DNA of 62,682 nucleotides, counting the filler, from Sphacelaria rigidula (Eukaryota): assembly GCA_964200075.2 (NCBI GenBank). It is 11 parts of 11 records of this genome, joined end to end, with 100 filler letters (N's around TTAATTAATTAA, not from the genome) between each part and the next. Parts side by side here need not be neighbours in the genome. Positions count along the whole stretch, not along the records: positions 45,662 to 51,268 come from CAXNAA020025918.1; positions 51,369 to 56,975 come from CAXNAA020025919.1; positions 57,076 to 62,682 come from CAXNAA020025920.1; 8 more parts are not named here. One strand, given 5' to 3'. The translations under genes and the position numbers were made by a program. Shown here one piece after another: positions 49,001-60,569 of this stretch (the stretch's first letter is position 1; every line of letters begins with the position of its first letter). The notes under the pieces are model-generated. The model saw only the letters and a program-made list of their open reading frames with translations, had not been told where the DNA came from and made no database searches.

Positions 49001-49959
49001 GTCAACACGGTACTTGCGGTACAGTATTGGATGTATTGCTCTACCCTTTAAAGCATCGTCGCTTTTCACGCTTGCGGGATAAGATACGATGCGCAGCTGA
49101 AAGACAGTTATGGCTATGTATCCCGGTCACGAACGGGTCAGAAAATTGGCGTACTAACTGTAAATGAGTTCACTTGGCCTGCGATGACCCGCAACAACCG
49201 CCATGAGCGTCGCCGATAGAAATCCTCCCCCGCCCCCCTCCCTCTTTCATTGGCAGTCGAGGAATAAAATTAGATTATTGAAAACATTGTTCTGTTCATA
49301 TTTAACCTCTGTACAGAGATGAACAGAACCTCGCTTGTACACAGTGCGGTTACTACCGTCGCCATTATCCAATGCATGACCGCGGGTACTCTCCCCAAAA
49401 GAACGGATACCTCTCACGCCCGACCAGAGTCAGGTTCTCCGAGAGATGAGGTGTGGGGGGGGAGGGTGGTGCATGCATATATCAAGTCGCGTGCCGTCCC
49501 ACTGTAGTCCCAGCCCGCTCAACTTATGTGTGAAAATTCAAACGTGAACGTGTAACGTGCAAAGCCTTGAAATGTTTCCGCAGCTCATCTCCACGTCTCT
49601 ACGGGTATCGTTGTACTTTTTTTGTTGTCTCTTTCGACTGTCTGTACGACGCGCACAACGCTCGATGTTTAGCACATATGCACCGCCGTCGCTACATAAC
49701 TGTGGGTATGGTTTCATGTCGAACACCCGGAAAAAAAACAGGCTGGCGTCTCCCATCTCGAAGCCATCCGTCACGCGAAATACTTTGGACGATGCAAATC
49801 ATACCTATGCTCACTACTATTAGCCGCATTGACTGTTCTACAAATCTGGGTCTACTTTGATTCTTGTTTTTTTGCCAGCCTGTGACCACGGAAGGCGTCC
49901 GCATCAGATGTCCAGTACGAATTCACCAGGCACATATCGGAACGGTTTTGAATGTGGAG

Positions 49960-50014
<55 letters not shown>

Positions 50015-50604
50015 AGGCTGCGCATACTAACCTCGACATCAGTCACGGAACCGCTGCAATCCAGAGCAATCAGTGACAGGTAGGACCCGAGCACAGTGAA
50101 ACCTTCCCGACTGTCCAGGTTGGTGTTGGTCACCGCCGTGCACTTCACTCGACTGGACATCCACCGACTCAAAGTGACCCCCGTTTGGGCCTTCATGATG
50201 TCCTCCAGTGCCCGCGCGCACACGGTGGGGTTGTCAGCCACAATGGCGGTGCCCACATCTTCCATCATAGCAGCGCCCGGACCGCGTTTGCCTCTCGCGC
50301 CCGAGCAGTTCAGGTGTTCGTCATTCACGAACGTCACGTTCCACTCGCCAGTATTGCCGCGGTTGCATCCGTTGATACGAAACATACATCCCATCTCATT
50401 CTTGTTATCGTCTACGACCTGACCCTGGCAGCGATAAACGGCCTGCCTGCTACCGCCGTTGCCTATTTTCACGGTTCTGCCCTCCGAAAGCAACATCTGA
50501 GTGACCGCCTTGGTCAGACTTGGTTTCGAGGCGTATATATCACCCCGCACTACCTTCGCAACCTTCAAACGCGGGGGGCCATCAGCAGCCGCGGCACCAG
50601 ACAT
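46005..50604 (-). CDS. Mutator/MULE transposase with SWIM zinc finger, at least 6 exons (~510 aa, C-terminus not resolved)
   Basis: Exons 50604-50032, 48764-48684, 47865-47545, 47198-46980, 46599-46445 and 46186-46005, all GT-AG and phase-compatible with no stops. Motifs: YRC..CMFRI..W..EHLNC, EGCFKRLFV, KDCAYLKG, FVDGHKG, RCVRHL, TTNMVES, CGC..GLPCRH. Confidence 0.9.
49959..50012. repeat. (CAA)n microsatellite in the first MULE intron
   Basis: Directly visible. Confidence 0.95.
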
Positions 50605-51173
50605 GAGGCTGAGGACACGTCCCGAGCTTCTTGCTCGTCGTTGGTGATTCTCACTCACGATCGAGGTAGATGATGGTTCTGAGTGCGTGTGCTATTCTGT
50701 CGGGCGCATATAGCTCTTTGTCGCTAAACGGTATCAGTGACTGTGCTGTCTCTATATTCATACATGCGTGACGGTTCGTATCCGTTCCTTATACCAACCA
50801 TGAATTATGTGATGACCATTTCTGGTGACGGCACGCTGACGGCACGCTGCCACCAGCCCCAGATCACAACGACACGGCTACACATAACACTCCGCAAACG
50901 CAAAAGACCGACGCGTCGTGAGTTGTGAGTTCAGTTTTTGTGTATCTGCGGAGAGACTCAGGAACTATTTCCGGGGAGAAAGGGGTGTGGTCGTTGTGGC
51001 GTTCGTGAACGGCAAATGAGCGGGAAAAGAGCCGAATGTGTGGGCGCTATCATTAGAGTTGGCACGTAGACTCTCTTGCGCGCGATGTGCCGCATCAGGT
51101 ACAGTTTGGAGAGCGATGGCCTACCACAGGTACGTTCTTGGCCGATCGGTGGCCCAGATAAGGTACGATTGAA

Positions 51174-51268
51174 GAGTCATCCTACGATAGGGGGGGGAGG
51201 TATTTGGTTGCACGAAAAAAGAGGCTCATAAGTGTCTTAGACATCCTTCCACACTTGCGTTGCGCTTG
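51174..51268. mobile_element. GAG-MITE left end with an unoccupied G-run
   Basis: GAGTCATCCTACGATAG-Gn-AGGTATTT; compare 27400 and 27650 (GGGGGGTATTT). Confidence 0.65.
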
Positions 51269-51371
51269 NNNNNNNNNNNNNNNNNNNNNNNNNNNNNNNN
51301 NNNNNNNNNNNNTTAATTAATTAANNNNNNNNNNNNNNNNNNNNNNNNNNNNNNNNNNNNNNNNNNNNCAT

Positions 51372-51461
51372 CCCCCCCCCCGGGCTGCTCCGTCACGAAC
51401 GGGATGCGTGGTCACTGGTCAAACGACGAAGACAAGCAACAAATGAGTACGCCCCCCCCCC
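51372..51461 (+). mobile_element. Retroposon family A stub between two C-runs
   Basis: Cn-GGGCTGCTCCGTC..GGGATGCGTGGTCA..GCAACAAATGAGTACG-Cn. Another copy lies at 56838-56930. Confidence 0.85.
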
Positions 51462-51526
51462 CACGCGCGCGCGCGCCCCTCCTTCCCCTAATCAGTCTAA
51501 TTTCAATATTTTTCATTTTCTCTCAG

Positions 51527-51655
51527 GAATACTTCGAATTCCCGATACTCTTGGGCGGCAGAGAGGGGGCCAGTCGGGCGGATGTCGTCAAGAAAAAGGA
51601 ACGGCTAGCCGAACTGAGTGTCATCCGCGATAGAATGATCCTTCGACGCCTCAAG
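51527..51655 (+). CDS. Exon of an SNF2-family ATPase (RAD54/ERCC6-like subgroup)
   Basis: Pyrimidine tract + CAG acceptor, GTGAAC donor, 43 codons: EYFEFPILLGGREGASRADVVKKKERLAELSVIRDRMILRRLK (FE.PI..G...A....L..L.....ILRR.K). Confidence 0.75.
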
Positions 51656-52769
51656 GTGAACGGACCCTGTGGCACGACGCTTTTCGGGAATACCGGTGGG
51701 GTTCCGGGGCATTGTTGGCCTGCTTTACTTCGGGCGTGTAGGGTTATGAAGGCGGGCTATAGTAGACATATTCCTGGGTCATACTCTCGGTGTAGGTCTA
51801 GTAAAGCACCTCCATCTTTCGGAAGCGGCACTAGTATTTCGTTTGAGGCACTGTGTTGCGGTATTGGTTGTGTGCGCCGCTTCGCTGCTATGTCGAGACG
51901 TTTGTTGGCAATTAGTTGCTCTCGCGGGAGAGCAACTGCACGCCGACGACCTACGGGTATCCTTTTTTTGGTTCCGTGCCGCTTGGGAAGTGCTTCGAGA
52001 ATTACTGTGTAGCTCTCCGCAACCGATGCCATTTCACCGCTTGACGAACGGAAACTGATGGGATTTTCCTCCAATTCCTCATCGCTGTTAACGGAGGGAA
52101 TCGGTGCTTTTTTCAGGCGATAAAAACGCGCTATTCGGTCCGTCCGGCGGACCGAAAACAGTGCGTTCCGATGTTTCAATCGGTGCACAATCCATGTGTC
52201 AAATGGAATGATTGTGTTCTCTAGACAGTCAGGCATGAGGAACGCGAGGTGGTCCAAAGAATTGTGCACACCACCTTCTTCACGCAGAACATACACTCGC
52301 GCCCGGATACTCCCCTCATACACCACCCACCCACCTATGGACGCACGCAAACAATGGTACATACAGCGTTCCCCTGGTACGGCAACACCTGGGAGTTCGA
52401 TACTGCTGCAGACATTGCAGACGCCGACATATTTTCGTGCTCGTTGTGTACATGGAGCACCGTGCCGCGCAGTTTTAAGTTTGGGTTGGCGTGTGCGTCG
52501 TCATTATCACTGGGGCCTCACCAGTGCTCAGTGCGAACCAGGCAGGCTCACTACTTTCGTATCCAGCGCTTTTGCAAAGGCTTTCGGTACACAACCGACA
52601 TCTGCAGTTCGTCGCAGTAGCGTGTGGCTAACAAACATCAACTGTCTACAGTGAGTGCACACCGAGAATATGACACAGTTTCACACCGAAAACCAAACCG
52701 AAACCGGTATCATGACAGGACCAAGGCAGCGGAGATCACGAAACGTCCAGCGGCGGTAACAGCCAAAAC

Positions 52770-53963
52770 ATGTCACCGGCACTCTCGCTCGGGTATTTTG
52801 GAAACGAGATAAGACAGCGATCTTTATCACCCCCAGGCCCTGTTGTTCCGCCGACGGCTGCTGCAGCAGCAGGCGCAGCAGCAGGCGCGAGGGCGGCGCA
52901 TTCTAGATGGACAAATGCTCCCGCTGTGAGCCAAGATTTACACCCAGACGAAGAACGAGAGGTCCATCGCGGCTACTTGAGATTAGACATATTAAGACAT
53001 CGAACCGACACCAGCACCAACACGGCGGATTACATCCTCCCTGGTAGGAACGACCAATCACGCTTTGCTCGTGACGGCGGAGGGGTCGCAACGGCGGCGG
53101 CAATAGCGCCAAGCGTCGCCGTGATCGACGGCATGACCCCAGCGGAGGATGCCGAGGTGCAAGAGGCCATCCGGCGATCTTTACAGGGTTCTAGAGGCAT
53201 TGCTCCCGCCGCAGTGGCGCGCGGGTCGGCGATGACGGCAACTGATGTACACGGCAGGGGACAAGGCGCCCATGTCGTAAGTCAGCAGATGGATGCCTCA
53301 GCATGTGATGATGGCGGCGCACAGGAGCAACCGACACAGCAGCAGCAGCAGCATCAGCAGCAGCAACAACATGAGTGTAACGATGAGAGTCACGAGACGG
53401 GGGGAATGCCGGCGTGGGCGTCGGCCGACACGCAGCCCAGCCTGGCGCCACGCTCTTGCAGCGCTAGCGGTGACCGTGCCGGTAGCCGTAGTACAGAAAG
53501 ATCCAGAAGTCCTTCATTGGCTGGTGCATCCGACGATATTAATTCTACGTTGCTGGAAGAAGTCAGCGAACGAACGCAGCTGGAAGGTGGAGGGAGTCCT
53601 GCGGAGCAGTCGCAGCGCGCTGGTGGGGAAGGCAGCAGCAGGGGTAGAGTGGAGTCGTATGAGGTGGGGTGGGCGGCGGCGATGGGCAGGGGGAAATGCC
53701 AACTCATGCGTTGGGGTTTGGCGCAGTCGGAGAACAGCTTGGGTTCGGGATACCAAGAAGATGGTGGCACCCAGGTCGAACAATTGGAAGGAGGAGAGGG
53801 GGAGGACAGAATGGCGGTGGCATGGACCGGGGAGACACAGAGGGAAAAGGGGAATGACACGTATGTTTCTTCTCGGCCGGTAAGATTTTCCTGCGAATTT
53901 TGCTTGTGCCAGGTCACATGGGCATCTCGTACTCGGTTGATGAGGTCGTTCCGGGGCGCATGA
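52770..53963 (+). CDS. Low-complexity ORF or large exon with a UIM-like motif
   Basis: 397-aa open frame with EDAEVQEAIRRSL and a poly-Q run; possible GTATGT donor near 53861. No family recognised. Confidence 0.35.
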   Translation: MSPALSLGYFGNEIRQRSLSPPGPVVPPTAAAAAGAAAGARAAHSRWTNAPAVSQDLHPDEEREVHRGYLRLDILRHRTDTSTNTADYILPGRNDQSRFARDGGGVATAAAIAPSVAVIDGMTPAEDAEVQEAIRRSLQGSRGIAPAAVARGSAMTATDVHGRGQGAHVVSQQMDASACDDGGAQEQPTQQQQQHQQQQQHECNDESHETGGMPAWASADTQPSLAPRSCSASGDRAGSRSTERSRSPSLAGASDDINSTLLEEVSERTQLEGGGSPAEQSQRAGGEGSSRGRVESYEVGWAAAMGRGKCQLMRWGLAQSENSLGSGYQEDGGTQVEQLEGGEGEDRMAVAWTGETQREKGNDTYVSSRPVRFSCEFCLCQVTWASRTRLMRSFRGA

Positions 53964-54701
53964 CGTATTAAATCGTGCCACGGGTGACTGAAAACCGCTT
54001 CGGGGATGCGTGGAGTGAAATGCTCCCGCGCCTCGGCGCGGCGGCGCGGTACCATTTTATGACGGGTGTAATTACTCTCAGGCGGAATTTTTTAGTAACG
54101 CAAGGGTGGTGGATGTTGACGATCCGATCCCGCAGAAAAAGAGGGGGTGAATGCAGTACTCGGGTTAGGTCGCCCTATCTGTTAAATACAACGAACGGCA
54201 CGCCTATTCAGACATGCCTCCGAATAATGTTCCCGAACCGTGCATGGTAAGTCTGCCGTTTGCTTTGTGCCGACCATGTAATGGTGAGCTTCAAAATCCC
54301 TTTCTCATCGCTGCGGCGGGTCGTATGTCCACACAGGTAACACAAGTCTAGAGCAGCTGAAAAGGCCTTGGGACAATCCCGTGGTTCCCCCTTCTCATCA
54401 GGTTTCGCTCTCCGCCACTGACTCGCCGTGTTCCAGTCTGGTTTGTGAAATGCCAGACACCCTTCGAAGTGCGCTTGCTGTACACATCTTGTTGCCAATC
54501 GCGCACTTTTTAAGCTCTGAATATTTCCTCCAGTACACCCTTATTCATGTTTGAATTGGCTGTTGTTGACTACCCAAAGCTTCGAGGTTTGCTGACCAAG
54601 CTATTCTTTTGTTGGAAGTCTTCAAGTAAAACATGGTAAATGACATTTGAAGATGCAACCTCTCGCTGAAGCCCCCCCCCCCTCCCCCCCCTCCGTCCTC
54701 C

Positions 54702-54740
54702 AATGGTCTGATGACTATGGCAAGCATGATCATGAGTACA
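54702..54740 (+). mobile_element. 39-bp family-B insertion with a perfect 18-bp TSD
   Basis: CCCCCCCCTCCGTCCTCC at 54684-54701 and 54741-54758. Confidence 0.92.
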
Positions 54741-57097
54741 CCCCCCCCTCCGTCCTCCTTTGTTTGGACTGACGGCCGACCTTGTTCCGTGTGTTCCGCA
54801 CCTCGTCGCATTTATGGGTCATCGCGAGCAGGCTACACGCCCCGACAGCGAAGGCGGCGGTACTGCCGCCTCATCTCATCCCGACGAAGATGATGCGGTT
54901 TTCAGGATGGAGACGCAAGTAGAGACATAGCGGGCCCTAACAACTCATCAGCTTTTTTTCGTTCCTTTCCCCCCCCCTTTTTTGGTTTTAGCTACATTTC
55001 CAACCGCTCCTCTTCCTCGGGACGAGTCCGTGCACGACTGCCCCTTGCTTGAACTGAGACTGGTGCGCCGTTTGGTGGGTTAAATCATCAACACTTGCAG
55101 AAAAACAACCATATCTTGCACAAGAAAACGTCAATTATAAATCGTCATTTGCCCATCAACGGTTCCAGAAGGGTTAGTTTATGGTGTCAATTGTACCATT
55201 CCTTCCGCCGGGGTGCGATTTTTGTGCAGCTTGTTGAGCGTATCAGCCTTTTGGCTGGCGCTATCAAGTAGTGTCGCTGAGTACAAAATTATGTTTTTTG
55301 GGGGAGATCTGCAGAGCTCAGGAGCAGCTGGTTTGCGATATGTGCATTTATGTAGCATGTGTAACTGTGCACATGCCAATGAGGATGACGAGAATGACGG
55401 GCGCGAGGTGATCGGTCAGTGAGAGACTATTTTGCATTTGGAACTAGGGTTTTGATTGTTGTGAGCTGTTCATATTTCTCAGTTAAACTTTCGAGAGCCG
55501 GTTTGATTTAACGATTTAACGGAAGATTCTTACATGATTACCCTTCTCCCTTATAAGGCTTGAACAATCGAATTGCTACAGGCAGTGAGTATATGCAGCA
55601 ACGAAATTTCAGCAGTCATCTGGGCTTGATGTACTCCCGACTTCTGCCTGTACGTTGCTCGAAAGCTCTTCTCAGGCAAGACCTTCCTGGTCAGCGCTTG
55701 ACGGCGCGGGTCACGAATTCAGTGGCAGGTGGTCAATCATAGAACACCCTTGTCCCTAACCCTCTCTCGCCTCAGCTTAGGATGACTCTCCTCACATGAC
55801 AATTTTCTGCGACATACACCAACACAACAAACACATCCTTCTACGCACGCGACCGTTTGTACGCAGAAGAGCTCAGATTAGAAGATGCCATGGATCACTC
55901 CAGCAAGAGCTAAGTCACACGAGTGTTTGATTTCGCATACATCCCCCCAACTGGGATGTAGCAGACTGTTGTCCTTGTCCTGCAGACGCCAAGTGGAATC
56001 AACGATTTTACACCCCTGAGCTTGCGATTATTAGATCTTGGTGAAACGGCGCAACCGTCCTTGCTCGTATGTGTGTGTGAAGACAGTAGCAGTGTTGGGA
56101 ACGTCGCCCTGCTTTTCGACGTGTTCTACTGCTCACAGAGGCACGTCCTGTCCAAGCAGAGAGGCAGAGAGAAGTCGATCTTTGCATTGGTCAGCGCCAC
56201 AGACAGGAGACGACAACCGTGGGCATCGCAATCTTGTCTCCGGGGCTGTGCCACAATAACCCGCCTGCCGAAACATGGTAACTAGGGCATGTGATGGTAA
56301 CATGATGCCAATCTCTCGAGCGATTGGGAATCGCCGAACGAGGACACACGAAGGACACCGGCGAGGAGCTTCCTCTCTGCCGTTGCTCCTCTCTCTGGTG
56401 ATATCGTCATCGACACGCGTGTACACGTATTCGTTCGGTGCACACCTAGCCACACCTGCATGGCCGTGTTCAACCAACGAACGGCGGCACACACCTCGTT
56501 TTTTCAAGATAGCCTCCTTTCTAGCGTAATCTTGTTGCGTATTAGCCAAAATCGCTTCAGATTCCGTGACGCAGGAGATTCTTACGTACGCAGCAAAGCA
56601 AACCGCGTTGAATTCCGTTTTCTCGATGAGAACTGCCATCAAGCAGTTAGTAGCGCGTCATATCATTTGATTCATTTCAGTCCCTCTTGTTTCAAAGGGA
56701 AATATACCTTGACACACACGACTAGAAGTCCTGGGACCAACGAGATTGTATGTATTTATTTTATTTGTCGCACTTTGAACCCCTCCCCTTCCTTGGGACG
56801 AGTCCGTGGTCTTAGGGGATCAACCCATCTTACCCCGGTACACGCCTGCTTCGTCTGGAAAGGGATGCGTGGTCAATGGTCAAACGACTTAGGCAAACAA
56901 CTAATGAGTACCCCCCGAGCCCCCCCCCCGCTCCGCGCCGCATCATTCAAAAACCGAAGGTGGACGCCGCTCTGTNNNNNNNNNNNNNNNNNNNNNNNNN
57001 NNNNNNNNNNNNNNNNNNNTTAATTAATTAANNNNNNNNNNNNNNNNNNNNNNNNNNNNNNNNNNNNNNNNNNNNTACCCACGACATAATCGCTCTC

Positions 57098-57209
57098 CAC
57101 TGTTTGGCATGGTGTGAGAAAAGATTCCAGATCGCTCCGGGAGTCGAACCCCCCTATTCAACCATCAGAAGGTTGCGAGGTTACCACCTGAGTCACCGGG
57201 GCGACCGGT
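57098..57209 (-). mobile_element. tRNA-derived SINE
   Basis: The minus strand has A-box-like GTGACTCAGGTGGT and B-box GGTTCGACTCC, then a non-tRNA body shared with 5510-5608. Confidence 0.7.
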
Positions 57210-58582
57210 GTATTAGAGGCTGATGGGTATAATCAGCGAAAACGTGTACTCTAAATTCAAGCAAAGAAAAAAGGCTGGCTTCTCAGAGGTCCATAGAAGG
57301 ATGGCCCTGAAAGATATGTACTCTGAAACGAAGTGAAGAAATACAGCAAAAGTGCAACTATCTGCAGGGCTTGAAAATGAGTCGAAATGTATCCTGTATA
57401 TCATGTATTGCCCATTTTCTTCTGTCTCGGTTTACCCTTTTTTTCGAGTTATCTCCAACGGATGTGTCCGTTGGATCACCGTGGGTACGTGTATCATAAT
57501 ACTATAGCTAGATTCGTAGCGAGCCACTTGATGCGCGGCGATCAACCCATCAATTGATGCATATTCTGCACGGTGGGACCCACTAATTTAGGTCAGTGCC
57601 TCCGCCGCACGCACTGCTTTTGCAGCGCAAGTCTGTTGCCTACTGAAAAAACAGCAGTATGGTATGGTTACGGCAAAAAACAGGTCTCTTGTGGATTTTT
57701 GCCCCCAGTTTTTGTCTGGATTTCAGTACCTTGCTTTATCCCGTCACTGGTTATTCTTGTGTCATATGGTGGCCTGTGCGCTGTAGACTTGTCTGGATTT
57801 AGAGTATCTCAGCGCTCGCTCCAAAATGCTTCCTCCTCAGCAGGGCTTCCGAGACTCCAAGACAGAGCAGTTATACCAATAGATGTCTTCGCTAAACCGA
57901 AAGTGACCGACTTTGCTCTCCTCGCAAACACGATATGCTACGCATTCGATAGTCATCCTCCAAACAATCATAACATAAACCGAACTCATGTCCACATGCT
58001 ACTGTACTCGTCATGCTAGAGGTGCTACTGTATTTGCCATACAGCGCCCCCAAGCCACGTTCTACTTAACGGTTGAAAAACGAGTTTGATCATCAGTAGG
58101 CACCGATGATACCCTAGGATGTCGACAAGGGACACTCATTCAATATCGTTGCTGCATGAGGGACTACTTTCGTGACGCTCAATTTCTCTTTCACGCAAGA
58201 AGGTCAAATCACTATCCATTTTTCTTTTGTGAAACCAATTCATAACACCAGCACGAGCTGCGCTGCATATATTAGGCAAACGATAACCAAGGTATACTCG
58301 CCGCCAACACATAGTCACCAACCATGAAATTTGGCAACCGTCGTCCTTCATACGTGGATACGATTTCGCGGAAGGTGCAACCTGTATTTTTTTCCCTCGC
58401 TGATGAAAGCGTAGATACCGCTTCAACATGTGGGTAATGCGGCGATGGTATTGTTCTAAGCGAACGGCTTGGGAAGTCGGCCCTTATATGTACAAGCATC
58501 AGATTCTGTGTCTGATTTCGTCACACACAGCACATAATGCGTAGCGAGGTTAGGGCGCTGCAGCCAAATCCAGCACAATACT

Positions 58583-60526
58583 ATGTCCCACGCGTTATGT
58601 CCCGAACCCGTCTTTCTTACCTCAATGTGTTGGGAGCAGATACTGCCCCTGCCATCCCGTCAGCTAAAGGAGGAGAAAAATCAACAACAAACGGAGAACA
58701 GTCCACTGCCCTGGCGGGCTCCCGGGGTCACCGTCGACTATCCAGATTGCTGCATGCAAAAAAATGGAGAAGAGCATCCAAAGATGCACAGACACCAAGA
58801 GCAGGAATCGCCGCGAGGCAGTTTGGACGAGCAGAGTGAGGACGAACGAGATTCGGATAATGATGGAGAAGAAACGGAGTTGGAAGACGGCGACCGACAG
58901 CAGAACAAGAGACAGCGGCCTGGGGAAGAGGGAGAGGACGGAGGAACGGTGGATGATGGCGATAGCCCGGGTTTTCGCTACACTGACGATGAATGTCGTG
59001 AGATATGGCGTTTTGGGTTTATAGACGGCAGGAGAGACTGGGCAAGCCTGGCCGACGAGGCTCGGGAGAAACCGGGTGTTTTCCACCCTAGGCATGCTAA
59101 AGCTAAGAGCCTGGGGAGGAAATTCTCGAAAATGTGCAGTCCTTTGAATATTTCTTATTTCCAGGCAAAATTCGGGGGGGATCTCGCGACCTACCGTGCG
59201 AGGCTGCGGCAGCCCGAAAAGGAGACCGTTGAAAGCAGCGATCGAAGTGACAGCCATCCAAATATGGGCGAAAACAAGGTCATTGTCCACGTGAGGTACA
59301 CCGACGACGAAAGTCGGGAGGTCTGGCGGTTTGGGTACATCGAGGGCAGGACGGACTGGAACGTCCTTGCCGAAGAGGCCAAGAGCAAGCCAGACATTTT
59401 CCACGACTCTCACATGTGTGTGGCCAGCCTGAGCAAACGGTACCGCACGCTGCTTCTGGCCGTGTCCGACGCTCGTGCTAGATACGGAGCAGACCGCAAG
59501 TCGTACACCGCTAAGCTTCGCGCTGCCAAGCTACCCGAGGGAGAGGGAGCGGACTCTTTCCAGGCTGGCGACGGCAAACCGCAGCATCTCGTTTACAGTG
59601 ACGCCGAGAACCGCATGCTGTGGCGTATCGGTTACATTGAAGGGAACAGAGACTGGGAGAGCTTGGCTGAGGAAGCTCGGAAGAGGCCAGACATTTTTCA
59701 TCACAACCACACAAATCCGAAAAGCCTGAAAATGAGGCTGCACCGTATGATGAGCTCGCGTCAAAGTATCGACACGTACACAAAAAAGTTCCGGGCTGAT
59801 CACGAGGCCCATGACGCGAAGGTTGCCGCCGCAAAAAAAGCGGGTGTGCAGCAGGACGAAGAGAACGAGGGGAAGGAGGAGGGTAAAAACGCGGAGAAAG
59901 AAGAGGAAGAGGAGGAGGAGGAGGAAGAAGAGGAGGAGGAGGAAGAAGAGGAGGAGGAGGAGGAAGAGGAAGAGGAAGAGGAGGAAGGGGAAGAAGAGGA
60001 GCAGGAGGAAGAGGGTAGCGCAGTTACGAGAAAGCTCTACACTGAAGAAGAAAGTCAAGCAGTATGGCGCTTCGGCTACACCGACGGTAGGAATGACTGG
60101 GAAAGCCTGGCCCAAGAGGCCAAGAGGAAGCCGAATATTTTCCACGAAAGCCATGCCAATGCATCGAGTCTTAAAACTCGCTTCAAACACATGAAGGCTA
60201 TGAGCCCATCCAGGACCCATCACGTGGACAGCCCCAAGAGTGACGCCTCGCGGAAAAGGTATACGACGGCCGAATGCAGCAGGATATGGCGGTTTGGATA
60301 CGTCGAAGGCAGGACGGACTGGGAGAATCTAGCACTAGAGGCGGCGAGGACACCGTGGGTTTTCCATGAAACACACGCTAACCCCAACAACCTGCGCAGA
60401 AGATTCACCAAAATGGTGCACCCAGATTGTGCGGCGAGATTCCGAGCGAAATTCGGGGCTGCTTGCTTGAAGCGTCGGACCGGTGACAAAGATTGTCCCG
60501 TGAACAAGAAACAGCGTGGTGTTTAG
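58583..60526 (+). CDS. 647-aa protein with five divergent Myb/SANT-like repeats and a poly-Glu tract
   Basis: Repeats Y(T/S)..E...(I/V/L)WR(F/I)G(Y/F)..G..DW..LA.EA...P..FH..H....L..(R/K)...(M/L) start at 58979, 59297, 59594, 60038 and 60260. Uninterrupted ORF; the true start is uncertain. Confidence 0.88.
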   Translation: MSHALCPEPVFLTSMCWEQILPLPSRQLKEEKNQQQTENSPLPWRAPGVTVDYPDCCMQKNGEEHPKMHRHQEQESPRGSLDEQSEDERDSDNDGEETELEDGDRQQNKRQRPGEEGEDGGTVDDGDSPGFRYTDDECREIWRFGFIDGRRDWASLADEAREKPGVFHPRHAKAKSLGRKFSKMCSPLNISYFQAKFGGDLATYRARLRQPEKETVESSDRSDSHPNMGENKVIVHVRYTDDESREVWRFGYIEGRTDWNVLAEEAKSKPDIFHDSHMCVASLSKRYRTLLLAVSDARARYGADRKSYTAKLRAAKLPEGEGADSFQAGDGKPQHLVYSDAENRMLWRIGYIEGNRDWESLAEEARKRPDIFHHNHTNPKSLKMRLHRMMSSRQSIDTYTKKFRADHEAHDAKVAAAKKAGVQQDEENEGKEEGKNAEKEEEEEEEEEEEEEEEEEEEEEEEEEEEEEGEEEEQEEEGSAVTRKLYTEEESQAVWRFGYTDGRNDWESLAQEAKRKPNIFHESHANASSLKTRFKHMKAMSPSRTHHVDSPKSDASRKRYTTAECSRIWRFGYVEGRTDWENLALEAARTPWVFHETHANPNNLRRRFTKMVHPDCAARFRAKFGAACLKRRTGDKDCPVNKKQRGV

Positions 60527-60545
60527 ATTTGGGGGGGGGGGGGGG

Positions 60546-60569
60546 TTACTCATGACCATGCATGCCATA
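60546..60569 (-). mobile_element. 24-bp family-B stub with TSD, at the ORF stop codon
   Basis: GTTTAGATTTG(G/A)GGGGG at 60521 and 60570 flanks TTACTCATGACCATGCATGCCATA. Confidence 0.85.

Noticed and set aside
57098..57209. Functional tRNA gene
   Set aside because: A and B boxes are present, but there is no convincing cloverleaf and the non-tRNA tail is shared with another copy, which indicates a SINE.
58664..60223. 249-aa and 230-aa minus-strand ORFs
   Set aside because: They are antisense shadows of the five-repeat gene and its Glu tract.
17125..60526. A multi-gene system linking RNase H, the nuclease, MULE and the Myb-like gene
   Set aside because: They lie on different, artificially joined contigs; only genes within 17125-22732 are truly linked.
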